A stretch of 64,000 bases of DNA from Acidobacteriota bacterium (lineage in GTDB: Bacteria; Acidobacteriota; UBA890; WLXD01). The DNA lies in the NCBI GenBank assembly GCA_965248695.1, contig CBDFKD010000002.1:2112001-2176000 (forward strand), in the 5' to 3' direction. Below the pieces are notes generated by a model, which worked only from the letters and a program-made list of their open reading frames with translations, had not been told where the DNA came from and did not search any database. Both the position numbers and the translations under genes were made by a program. Below are positions 29,704 to 38,201 of this stretch, in pieces (position 1 is the first letter of the stretch; the number at the start of each line of letters is the position of its first letter).

Positions 29704-30063
29704 TTGGTGCTGGCGGATACTTCGATCTGGGTGCGCCACCTGCGGAACGGTGATCTGGACCTCATGCGGCTCTTGGGGGCGCAGCGGGTCTTGACTCATC
29801 CGTTCGTGATCACCGAATTGGCCGCCCGGGCGCTCGCGGCGCGGGGCGAGATCCTGAGTTTGCTGCGCGCTCTGCCCAGCGCCGCCATCGCCGAGACGCA
29901 CGAGGTCGACCGGCTCATCGATGACCGAGGGCTGGCAGGCCGCGGGCTGGGGCTCGTCGACGTTCACCTGCTGGCGGCGGCGCTACTCAGCGACGCCCGC
30001 CTGTGGAGCAGCGACCGACGCTTGCGCGAGGCTGCTGCCGAGCTCGACGTCGGTCTCGATTAG
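29704..30063 (+). CDS. vapC: Type II TA toxin, PIN-domain VapC
   Basis: LADTSIW, HPFVITEL, VDVHLL, WSSDRRL acidic tetrad. Confidence 0.88.
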   Translation: MVLADTSIWVRHLRNGDLDLMRLLGAQRVLTHPFVITELAARALAARGEILSLLRALPSAAIAETHEVDRLIDDRGLAGRGLGLVDVHLLAAALLSDARLWSSDRRLREAAAELDVGLD

Positions 30064-30105
30064 CTTCGCCCGGGCCCGAGGCTCAGCGACCGGCACGACG
30101 CTGAA

Positions 30106-31515
30106 CTACTCGCCGCCCTCCGACGCCCGGGCAGCGATCGCCTCGAGCTCTGACTGGATGTCTTCCTCGCTGAACCAATGGCCGCCGACCACGACGCCGA
30201 ATCGGTCGGCGAAGTTGGACACATCCTCCGTCGGATCGGCATTGAGCACCACCAGATCAGCGCGCCTGCCGACGGCCACAGAGCCATACTCATCTGTGGC
30301 CTCATAGAAACGCGCCACCGCCTGAGTGCCGGCGAACAGGATTTCGTACGGGTGCAGGCCGGACTGCACCATGAGCTCCATCTCGTGGTGGATGGAGAAT
30401 CCGGGCACGCTGAAGATCTGCGGCGAGTCCGTGCCCAGCAGGACGGCGACCCCGGCGTCGTGCAGCGCCTTCAATACCCGCCGACGTAGCGACAAGATAT
30501 TCGCCACGGCCTGCCGATCGGCACCGAGCTGCTCGACACGCTCGTTGATGGCTTCGATCCAGCCCGCCACCATGGCCGGTGGCATGTAGCGCGTCTCCGG
30601 CCGCACCTGCATCCACTCCTCGCCGCTGCGCGCACCGAAGAGCACTTCCCACAGCGCCATCGTGGGCACCACGCCGGCGCCCGCCTCGACCGTCGCCGCC
30701 ACCGCCTCGGCGATCCTCGTGTCATCTATATCGCCGGCCAGCTGGCCGAGGTCGAACAGGCCCAGATCGGCGACCGCCTGCTGGTCCTCGACCAGCGCCT
30801 CCAGATAGTTGTCCAGGTGGTCAATGGTCAACTGGCCCTTGGCAAGCGCGTGATACAGCCCGACGTGGTTGGTCACGTGACCCGAGAACGAGATGCCGAC
30901 CTCGTTGGCCGTATCTGCTATGGCGTCATAAACCTCGCGGCTGAGGCCCTCGTGGACTTTCAGATGATCGAAACTCGCTTCCTTGGCGCCACGCACGAGC
31001 TCGATCGCCTGGCTGGTCTCAGTGACCGTCTGCCCGTGCAGCATCGGAGCCCTGACCAGGATCCGAGGTCCGACGAAATCGCCGCGTTGCAGCGCCTCAC
31101 GCAGCGGCAGGTGTTGCGGCCCGCCCTGCATACCGCGAACCAACGTGACGCCGTTGGCGATATACAGAAACATGACGTCGCGAGTGAACTGCCCCTCGGC
31201 ATCCTGCGGATAGTGGCCATGCATCTCGGCGACTCCGGGCATTGCGTACTTCCCGGTCGCATCGACCACCGTCGTCCCGGCACCGACCTCGATCGAGTCC
31301 GATGGCACCACCGCCATAATTCGTCCATCCGTCACCAACACGGTCTGCCCCGACAGCAAACCGGGTTGATCCATCGGCAGGACGTTGACGTTTAGCAGCG
31401 CCAGATCGGCGTCCGCGATGCGTACGTCGGGGCTTCCGCAAGCTGCCGACGCCGTCAGGGTCGCCAGCAACACCAGGGCCAGGGAACGCGGAGAACTCCT
31501 TCTGCTTCGTCGCAA
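30106..31515 (-). CDS. Amidohydrolase-family lipoprotein
   Basis: Lipobox-like SAAC; MPGVAEMHGH, LKVH, SGH, IDH, LGTDSPQ, GRRADLVVL. Confidence 0.87.
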   Translation of the reverse strand: MRRSRRSSPRSLALVLLATLTASAACGSPDVRIADADLALLNVNVLPMDQPGLLSGQTVLVTDGRIMAVVPSDSIEVGAGTTVVDATGKYAMPGVAEMHGHYPQDAEGQFTRDVMFLYIANGVTLVRGMQGGPQHLPLREALQRGDFVGPRILVRAPMLHGQTVTETSQAIELVRGAKEASFDHLKVHEGLSREVYDAIADTANEVGISFSGHVTNHVGLYHALAKGQLTIDHLDNYLEALVEDQQAVADLGLFDLGQLAGDIDDTRIAEAVAATVEAGAGVVPTMALWEVLFGARSGEEWMQVRPETRYMPPAMVAGWIEAINERVEQLGADRQAVANILSLRRRVLKALHDAGVAVLLGTDSPQIFSVPGFSIHHEMELMVQSGLHPYEILFAGTQAVARFYEATDEYGSVAVGRRADLVVLNADPTEDVSNFADRFGVVVGGHWFSEEDIQSELEAIAARASEGGE

Positions 31516-31637
31516 TTGTCGGCCTCCGTCGCTGGGTCGGGATCACAGAGCTTATCGGCGCTGCCTGGAGGATTGCACCGGTGCCGGATATACCTCGGCC
31601 CGCCGAAACCACGGGCGCGGCCCGAGCAGCACGCCTG

Positions 31638-32636
31638 ATGCGAGGAGCAACGATAAGCGCCCGCACCAAGAAATTCGTCGCCAGCGCCTTTCTGCCCGGG
31701 TACTTGGTCCTGTGGTTGACGGCCACGGCGTGTTCATCGGAAATCAAGTTCTACCTGTGGTGTCTCGATGTGCTCGGCCTCCGTCAGGATGGCGTCGCCG
31801 GGGTCGCGATACCCGGATTCCGGGGCGACGTCGTCTTCGGCGGCGACGCCGGCGATCCTGTTTTCCCCGACGGCGAGGTCACCGAGCTGTCGACTACCGT
31901 GTTCCATACCCCGGTGAAGTTCCCCGCCGGCGACATGACGATCTCCGGCAGGTTCAGCCCGTTCGGCCGTGCCGCGGAACGGCTGGCGCGACCGAAGGAC
32001 ATCCGCTTCTCGATTGTCCATCTGGACAAGAAGGACAAGGAGATCGGGACCGATCATGGACTGCTGAAGGTCGTCGGGACGGACATCAAGGAGCTCAGCG
32101 GATCCGGTCCGGATTTGATCTTCGCGGCCAAAGAGAAGATGCGCCTGGAGGTCCGACCGCGCGGCGCTGATTTGTCGTTCGCGGCCGAAGAAGTCCAGTT
32201 CTTCTTCGAGATGCCGAACGTCGCTGCTCGGGCCGCACCGGATGCGGCGCCGCTGAGGGCGCCCAGCTTCTCCCTGGCCGGGGCGCGCGGCCGCAAGAAG
32301 AAGGTGATGACGACAACCTTCGCCACGCCGGTGAACTTCCCCAAGGGAACAGTTTTCCTCAGCGGCTTCGTGATGACCCAGGGCAACCGAGAGACCAGGT
32401 CGCTACCGACGCGGGTATTGCTGGAGGTCCTGCATCTCGACGCCAAGGGCAAGAAGATCGGTACCTTCAAGATGACCTTCGCCGTCAACGGTCTGACGAT
32501 ACCGTTCACCACGAAGCCCTTCCCCGGCTTCGACGTCGCCGCGGGCGAGTCGGTTCGACTCAGCTTCAAGCCCAAGGGCGGCGAATTCGCGGTCGACGAT
32601 CTATTCGCCCTTATTCCGGTCTTTGTCGCCGACTAG
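31638..32636 (+). CDS. Hypothetical (lipo)protein with two tandem copies of an unknown ~110-aa domain
   Basis: Hydrophobic stretch ending TATAC; repeats TTVFHTPVKFPAG..VHLDKKDKEIG and TTTFATPVNFPKG..LHLDAKGKKIG; start uncertain (31581 alternative). Confidence 0.65.
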   Translation: MRGATISARTKKFVASAFLPGYLVLWLTATACSSEIKFYLWCLDVLGLRQDGVAGVAIPGFRGDVVFGGDAGDPVFPDGEVTELSTTVFHTPVKFPAGDMTISGRFSPFGRAAERLARPKDIRFSIVHLDKKDKEIGTDHGLLKVVGTDIKELSGSGPDLIFAAKEKMRLEVRPRGADLSFAAEEVQFFFEMPNVAARAAPDAAPLRAPSFSLAGARGRKKKVMTTTFATPVNFPKGTVFLSGFVMTQGNRETRSLPTRVLLEVLHLDAKGKKIGTFKMTFAVNGLTIPFTTKPFPGFDVAAGESVRLSFKPKGGEFAVDDLFALIPVFVAD

Positions 32637-32651
32637 ACTGGCCGGGGCGAG

Positions 32652-33464
32652 CTAAGACGACAGATCTCGCCGGAACCACCAGGCTAGCGCCACAGCGACC
32701 AGGCCCGCAGCCACCACCTGGGTGATCGTCAGGGGTCCGAGGTACGGGCCGAAGAGCACGTCACCGCGGAAGAACTCCATGACGAACCGTATGCCGGCGT
32801 ACCCGCCCACAAGCAGGACGGCGTTCTCACCGGTGCGTTCGCGGCGTGGTTTCCTGTTGATCAGAACAGCCGCGAGCACGAGTACCGCTGCAGCCTCATA
32901 GATCTGCGTCGGGTGGACGGCGGAACCGAGAACAACCCCGGACCGCGCCACCACGTCGACGTTGGTGTAAACGACCCCCCATGGCATTGCGGTAGGCGTC
33001 CCGTAGCAGCATCCGGCGCCGAGGCATCCGAGTCGCATGATCGGAATCGCCAACGCGAGGCCCGGGCTGATTGCGTCGAAGCAAACGGCCATCGGAAGTC
33101 GGTAGAACCGGGCGTAGATCAACGCTGCGGCACCGCCGGTGAGCGCCGCCGAGAACATCGAGCCACCGGGTAGGTTCAGACCGACGAACAGCGTTGTCCA
33201 CCCGTGGTCCCGAACGCCTTCGACAACGAAATGCCGGTACGCCGGATTTTGCACCAGCGGCAGCAGCTTGGCACCTATGGTCATCGTCGGGAGCAAGAAC
33301 ACCGCGCTCCAGTACGTATGCACTGGCTCGATACCGGCGGCGACGAGGCGACGACGGGCCAGGGACCATCCCACCACCAGCGCGGCAGCGGCAGCGACGC
33401 CATACGTCTGGACCTCCATGATCCCGACGAACGGCAGGTGGAGGCGCACGAGAACGGGATACAA
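32652..33464 (-). CDS. lgt: Prolipoprotein diacylglyceryl transferase family protein
   Basis: TYG, RLGCLGAGCCYG, HPTQIYE, RFVMEFFRGD. Confidence 0.85.
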   Translation of the reverse strand: MYPVLVRLHLPFVGIMEVQTYGVAAAAALVVGWSLARRRLVAAGIEPVHTYWSAVFLLPTMTIGAKLLPLVQNPAYRHFVVEGVRDHGWTTLFVGLNLPGGSMFSAALTGGAAALIYARFYRLPMAVCFDAISPGLALAIPIMRLGCLGAGCCYGTPTAMPWGVVYTNVDVVARSGVVLGSAVHPTQIYEAAAVLVLAAVLINRKPRRERTGENAVLLVGGYAGIRFVMEFFRGDVLFGPYLGPLTITQVVAAGLVAVALAWWFRRDLSS

Positions 33465-33535
33465 CGGATCACCGTCCTTTGACGAGGATGACGAGAGCTT
33501 GCTTCAGGGCGTACGGAACGCCCAGCGACGCTATG

Positions 33536-34384
33536 CTACTGCGCTTGCTCCGCCTCGGCCCCATCGGCCGGCGCATCGTCTGCCTCGGCAGGTGGCGCCG
33601 GCATCACTGCGGCGACCTGCTCCGCCATCCAGGCGTCGAAATCCGCTTGCTCGTGGATGGTGTAGAAGCCACGCATGCGGAAATGACCGAGGCCGCAAAG
33701 CTGCGCGCAGGTGATCTCCCAGCAGGTCTTGTCGCCAGCGCAGGCCGGATACTCCGATTCCTCGGGCGTCACCAGGATGGGCGTGAAGTGCACCGGAATC
33801 ATCAGCCCAGGGATGATGTCCTGCTTCACGCGCATCTGCTGGAGGGAGAAGCCGTGGATCACGTCCTTGGACGACAGCAGCAAGGTCACCGGACGATCGA
33901 CAGGCAGGTGTAGCTGGTTGGTCGAGATGACGTCATCGACTGCGTAGGGATCCGTGCGGTCGAGCCCGATGGCATTGGTTGGTGTGATCGACTCGAGCTG
34001 CGTCCGACCGAAGACGCCGTCGGGTCCGCTGTAGTGGACGCTCCACAGGAACTGCTCGGCGACCACCCGTACCTCGAGCGCATCATCGCCGGCCGGCGGG
34101 GTAACCCAGCTGGCCCACGCCGGTATGGCGAAGAAAACCAGCAGGACGACCTCTACGATACCGACGCCGATCTCGACATACCGGGAGAAGTGGCTCGTCG
34201 CCCCCTCATAGCTGGCGCGCGGATTGGCGCCGGCGCGAAACCGGAACACTACGTATGCGAAGTAGGCCCCCCAACCGATGAACAGGATCAGCATGATCCA
34301 GTGCACCAACGCCGACATCTCGTCCAGCGCCTGGCCGTGGGCCGCACCGTTGACCGGCATCCAGTCCTGCAAGAGCGCAAGCAT
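33536..34384 (-). CDS. coxB: Cytochrome c oxidase subunit II
   Basis: Two TM helices, EQFLW, SKDVIHGF, CuA motif CAQLCGLGHFRM. Confidence 0.93.
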   Translation of the reverse strand: MLALLQDWMPVNGAAHGQALDEMSALVHWIMLILFIGWGAYFAYVVFRFRAGANPRASYEGATSHFSRYVEIGVGIVEVVLLVFFAIPAWASWVTPPAGDDALEVRVVAEQFLWSVHYSGPDGVFGRTQLESITPTNAIGLDRTDPYAVDDVISTNQLHLPVDRPVTLLLSSKDVIHGFSLQQMRVKQDIIPGLMIPVHFTPILVTPEESEYPACAGDKTCWEITCAQLCGLGHFRMRGFYTIHEQADFDAWMAEQVAAVMPAPPAEADDAPADGAEAEQAQ

Positions 34385-34648
34385 TTACCGCACGCCTCCG
34401 TCGATCACCTTGAAGCTCTCCTTGTGCTCGCGCAGCTGCTTGCTGCGGCGCCACATGCCGACGAACATCGTCACGAAGCCGACCTGAACGACTCCGACTA
34501 CGGCCAGCATCGCCAGGATGCCATTGTTGATGCCGCGCGCCACCGGACCATCGATGTCGCCGTAGCACACCGGGCACGCCTCGGCGACGGAAGGAACGAG
34601 CACCGCGGCGCACGTCAGCATCGCAATCAAGCACGCCGAGCGTCGCAT
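34385..34648 (-). CDS. Small membrane protein with CPVC motif in cox operon
   Basis: Signal-like N-terminus, ACPVCYG, one TM; translationally coupled to neighbours. Confidence 0.7.
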   Translation of the reverse strand: MRRSACLIAMLTCAAVLVPSVAEACPVCYGDIDGPVARGINNGILAMLAVVGVVQVGFVTMFVGMWRRSKQLREHKESFKVIDGGVR

Positions 34649-34851
34649 CAGATTCCCAGCTCCCGCATCTTGCGCACGAATCGCAAGCCATAGACAACCA
34701 GGCCAGCTCCGCCGGCGTAGAAAGCTATTGCCAGTGCCAGGCTGGTTGTCGCGCCCACGAGTCGATACTGCTGTAGCGCCCAGGCACCGACCATGAAGCA
34801 GAGCACGATCGACGCGCAGATGAAGAACACGTGAAACGCCTTCAGCGACAT
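34648..34851 (-). CDS. Small two-TM membrane protein in cox operon
   Basis: MSLKAFHVFFI...; tight packing between subunit IV and the CPVC gene. Confidence 0.7.
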   Translation of the reverse strand: MSLKAFHVFFICASIVLCFMVGAWALQQYRLVGATTSLALAIAFYAGGAGLVVYGLRFVRKMRELGI

Positions 34852-34852
34852 C

Positions 34853-35194
34853 TCAGTGCTCCGCCGGAGCCGCTGGCGGCGCCCCTTGCATCGGCGTGCC
34901 CGTCGTGTCGGCAATCGTCCCGGCGGGTACCGCCATCAGAACGACGAAGAAGACCACCGTCAGCGCCAGAATGCTGTAGATGAGCTTCTGCTCGTCGAGC
35001 AAGTGCATGAAGTACCCGGCAACGAGCCCGCCCTTGATGGTGGCGATGATCAACGCCAGTGTGATCGCCGGTCCGGATGACAGATCGATGTAGCTGACGG
35101 CGACGGTCACCATCGTCAGAACTGCCAAGGCTCCGAACACCATCATGTAGGTCCGAACCTCTGCCTGAATCTCTTCCGGGCTATGGCCGCTCAT
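34853..35194 (-). CDS. Cytochrome c oxidase subunit IV family (COX4_pro)
   Basis: YMMVFGALAVLT, IATIKGGLVAGYFMHL. Confidence 0.88.
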   Translation of the reverse strand: MSGHSPEEIQAEVRTYMMVFGALAVLTMVTVAVSYIDLSSGPAITLALIIATIKGGLVAGYFMHLLDEQKLIYSILALTVVFFVVLMAVPAGTIADTTGTPMQGAPPAAPAEH

Positions 35195-35204
35195 CCAGGG
35201 CTCC

Positions 35205-35792
35205 CTAAAGCAAGTACAGGGCGGGGAACAGGAAGATCCACACCAGGTCCACGAAGTGCCAGTACAAACCGAACGTCTCGGCGCGGTTGGTGAACCGCTC
35301 CGGCTCCGTATTCCACATCTTGGCGCCGGGGCCGAGCAGGTACCCGATCACCAACATGCCGCCGAGGACGTGGAGTCCGTGCAAGCCGGTCATGGTGAAG
35401 TACACCGCCATGAAGTTGTTGGTGGCCGGATACAGACCGTGGGTGAACTCCTCGTTGTACTCGATGGCCTTGACCACCATGAACGCCGAGGCCAGCAAGA
35501 ACGTCACGATGCCGTACAGCCTGAACTTTGGGAAGTCGTTCAGCCGCAACGACGCCCACGCCATGACCACGGTGACCGACGATGTGATCAGGAACATCGT
35601 GTTCAACGTCGCCATGGGAACGTTGAGGTCGGCGTGGTACCAGTTCGGGTCGCCGGTTCGGAGCAGAATGTACGCCGAGAACAACGCCCCGAAGAGCATC
35701 ACTTCCGAGGCCAGGAACAGCCAGATGCCCAGCTTGGCGTTGTACAGGCCGGTGTCTGGTCGCGCTTCGACGTTGTAGGGAATCTCGACCAT
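35205..35792 (-). CDS. coxC: Heme-copper oxidase subunit III (short form)
   Basis: WLFLASEVMLF, NTMFLITSS, TGLHGLHV, YWHFVDLVWIFLF. Confidence 0.93.
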   Translation of the reverse strand: MVEIPYNVEARPDTGLYNAKLGIWLFLASEVMLFGALFSAYILLRTGDPNWYHADLNVPMATLNTMFLITSSVTVVMAWASLRLNDFPKFRLYGIVTFLLASAFMVVKAIEYNEEFTHGLYPATNNFMAVYFTMTGLHGLHVLGGMLVIGYLLGPGAKMWNTEPERFTNRAETFGLYWHFVDLVWIFLFPALYLL

Positions 35793-35795
35793 CGC

Positions 35796-37586
35796 CTATC
35801 CCTCCTGCGGCGCCGCGTCTTGCGCGATGAAGCCGTCCTCAGCACCGGGGGCGCTGTACTCGTAGGGTCCCCGGTATACTCGCGGCAGGGTCTCGAAGTT
35901 GCCGTGTCCGAGCGGCGGCGAGCTGGTTGCCGTCCACTCGATGGTCGTGGCGTCCCATGGATTGTCCGTCGCTCGCTTGCCGCGGAAGATGCTCCACACG
36001 AAGTTGACGATGAAGATCATCTGGGCCGCCAGGAGCAGGAAGGCGGAGTAGGAAATGAAGGTGTTCCAGTGCAGCACCGGCTGCGCGTGCGAGTACTGCG
36101 CGCCGCCGTCGTACAGCCGCCGGGACACACCGGCCAGCCCCTGGAGGAACATCGGCGCGAAGATGCCGTTGATGAACACCAGCGACGTCCAGAAGTGCAG
36201 CTTGCCGAGCGTCTCGCTCATCATCCGGCCGGTGATCTTCGGGAACCAATAGTAGATGCCGGCGAAGATGCCGAAGATGGTTCCGGGCGCGACGACGTAG
36301 TGGAAGTGGCCGATCACGTAATAGGTGTCGTGCAGGTGAATGTCCGTCGGCGCCAGACCTAGCGGCAGTCCCGTGAGCCCACCGATGCCGAACATGGGCA
36401 GGAACGCGAGGGCGAACAGCATCGGGGTGTTGAAGCGGATCGAACCACCCCACAACGAGAGAAACAGCGCCGTCAGAATCACCACCGAGGGAATCGAGAT
36501 GATCATCGTCGTGGTCTGGAAGAAAGCGCTGATCACGGTGCCCATGCCGGTCATGAACATGTGGTGCGCCCATACGATGAACGACGTGAAGCCGAGGAAC
36601 ACGGCCGAGTACACCAGCGCCTTGTAGCCCCAGAGCGGCTTGCGGGTGTTGTTGGCGATCACCTCGGCGACGATCCCCATCGCCGGCAGGACCAGCACGT
36701 AGACCTCAGGGTGTGCCAGGAACCAGAAGAGGTGCTGCCACAGGAGCACCGAGCCACCGCCGGCATACTCGAGGGCCTGCCCAGATACGTAGAGCCCGCT
36801 GGGCATGAAGAAGCTGGTGCCGCCAACACGGTCCATCAACTGCATCACGCCCGCCGCCTCCAGCGGCGGGAACGCCAACACGAGCAAGAACGACGTCACC
36901 AGCTGCGCCCAGCAAAAAAACGGCAGGCGCATCCAGGTGAGCCCTGGCGCGCGCAGCTGGAAGATCGTCACGATGATGTTCATCGAGCCGAGCAGCGAGG
37001 AGGTGATCAGGAAGATCATGCCGACCAGCCATGCGGACTGTCCCATGGTGGCGATGATCGACAGCGGCGCGTACGAGGTCCAACCCGAGTTGGCAGCCCC
37101 GCCCGGAAGGAAGAAGCTGACCAGCATGACCACGCCACCGACGAAGTATGACCAGTAGCTCGCCATGTTGAGCTTCGGGAAGGCCATGTCGGGAGCGCCG
37201 ATCTGCAGCGGCACGATGTAGTTACCAAAGGCGCCGACGATCATCGGCACCACGGCGAGGAACACCATGATGGTGCCGTGCATGGCGCCGAGCTGGTTGT
37301 AGAACTCCGGCAGCATGATGCCGCCGGGCGCATTCGCCTGGCCCAGGTACCCGCCGATGATCGGTATCGGTGCACCGGGGCTGGCCAGCTGCCAGCGCAT
37401 CAGGATCATCAGACAGAATCCGAACAACAGAAAGAACAGAGCCGTCAGGCCGTACTGAATCCCGATGACCTTGTGGTCGGTCGAGAAGATGTACTTCCAG
37501 ATGAAGCTCTCGTCATGATGCTCGCCGTGCGCATGGGCATCGTCGTGCCCGGCCTCGTCGACGAACTTCTCCTCGGGGACGCTCAT
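35796..37586 (-). CDS. coxA: Cytochrome c oxidase subunit I (A1-type)
   Basis: STDHK, MHGTIM, APDMAFPKLN, HPEVY, WAHHM, LHDTYY, GHFHY, SRR. Confidence 0.96.
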   Translation of the reverse strand: MSVPEEKFVDEAGHDDAHAHGEHHDESFIWKYIFSTDHKVIGIQYGLTALFFLLFGFCLMILMRWQLASPGAPIPIIGGYLGQANAPGGIMLPEFYNQLGAMHGTIMVFLAVVPMIVGAFGNYIVPLQIGAPDMAFPKLNMASYWSYFVGGVVMLVSFFLPGGAANSGWTSYAPLSIIATMGQSAWLVGMIFLITSSLLGSMNIIVTIFQLRAPGLTWMRLPFFCWAQLVTSFLLVLAFPPLEAAGVMQLMDRVGGTSFFMPSGLYVSGQALEYAGGGSVLLWQHLFWFLAHPEVYVLVLPAMGIVAEVIANNTRKPLWGYKALVYSAVFLGFTSFIVWAHHMFMTGMGTVISAFFQTTTMIISIPSVVILTALFLSLWGGSIRFNTPMLFALAFLPMFGIGGLTGLPLGLAPTDIHLHDTYYVIGHFHYVVAPGTIFGIFAGIYYWFPKITGRMMSETLGKLHFWTSLVFINGIFAPMFLQGLAGVSRRLYDGGAQYSHAQPVLHWNTFISYSAFLLLAAQMIFIVNFVWSIFRGKRATDNPWDATTIEWTATSSPPLGHGNFETLPRVYRGPYEYSAPGAEDGFIAQDAAPQEG

Positions 37587-37844
37587 GAGCGCATCTCGCC
37601 TCGCGCGGTGGAACTAGACCGAAACAGAGCGAGTGGAGCTTACGACAGGCCTGTCAGCGGAGCAATTCGCGCCCGGGGCCACTGTTGTTCAGACGCTAGC
37701 CGCTGTAGTCGAGCGCCTTGGCGCCTTTCTTGTCGTCCGCTTTGATAGCACTCATGTAGTCCGCCTCATCAAGCTACGATGAGATCGGCACCATTGTCTA
37801 TGCGCGCCGCGTTCTCGTCTTGGGCGCCGGTGCGACGCCGGAAA

Positions 37845-38201
37845 TCACCCGTCCATACGAGCTCGCGTGAGCGCCCGCGCATACCACAGTAGCTCGTCGA
37901 CAAAGCGCTCGCCGCGACTTTCGAACGCCTCATCCAGGATCCCACCCTCGGCGTCGAACGTCTTGTCGATGTACGGGCAGGTCATAGCCGCCGGGATAGG
38001 CACGGCACCTAGGTTCATGAGCACGATGCGGAGCTGCTGCAGTACCACCATGCCACCGAAGGCTCCTATCGAGTGGGCGACGATGCCTACTGGCTTACGG
38101 CGCCATTCCTGGCCCAGGGCGTCGATCGCATTCTTGAGGGCCGCTGTATAGCCCTTGTTGTACTCCGGCGTAGCGATGACGACGGGCACGTTCAGGGTCA
38201 C
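37845..38201 (-). pseudogene. N-terminally truncated NADPH-dependent FMN reductase
   Basis: Has ATPEYN..LKNAID..WRRKPV..GAFGG but lacks the N-terminal GSxR flavodoxin loop; upstream sequence is the M20 gene. Confidence 0.65.

Noticed and set aside
37742-37755. FNR-like box TTGAT-N4-CTCAT upstream of cox operon
   Set aside because: Right half-site matches only 3 of 5; insufficient.
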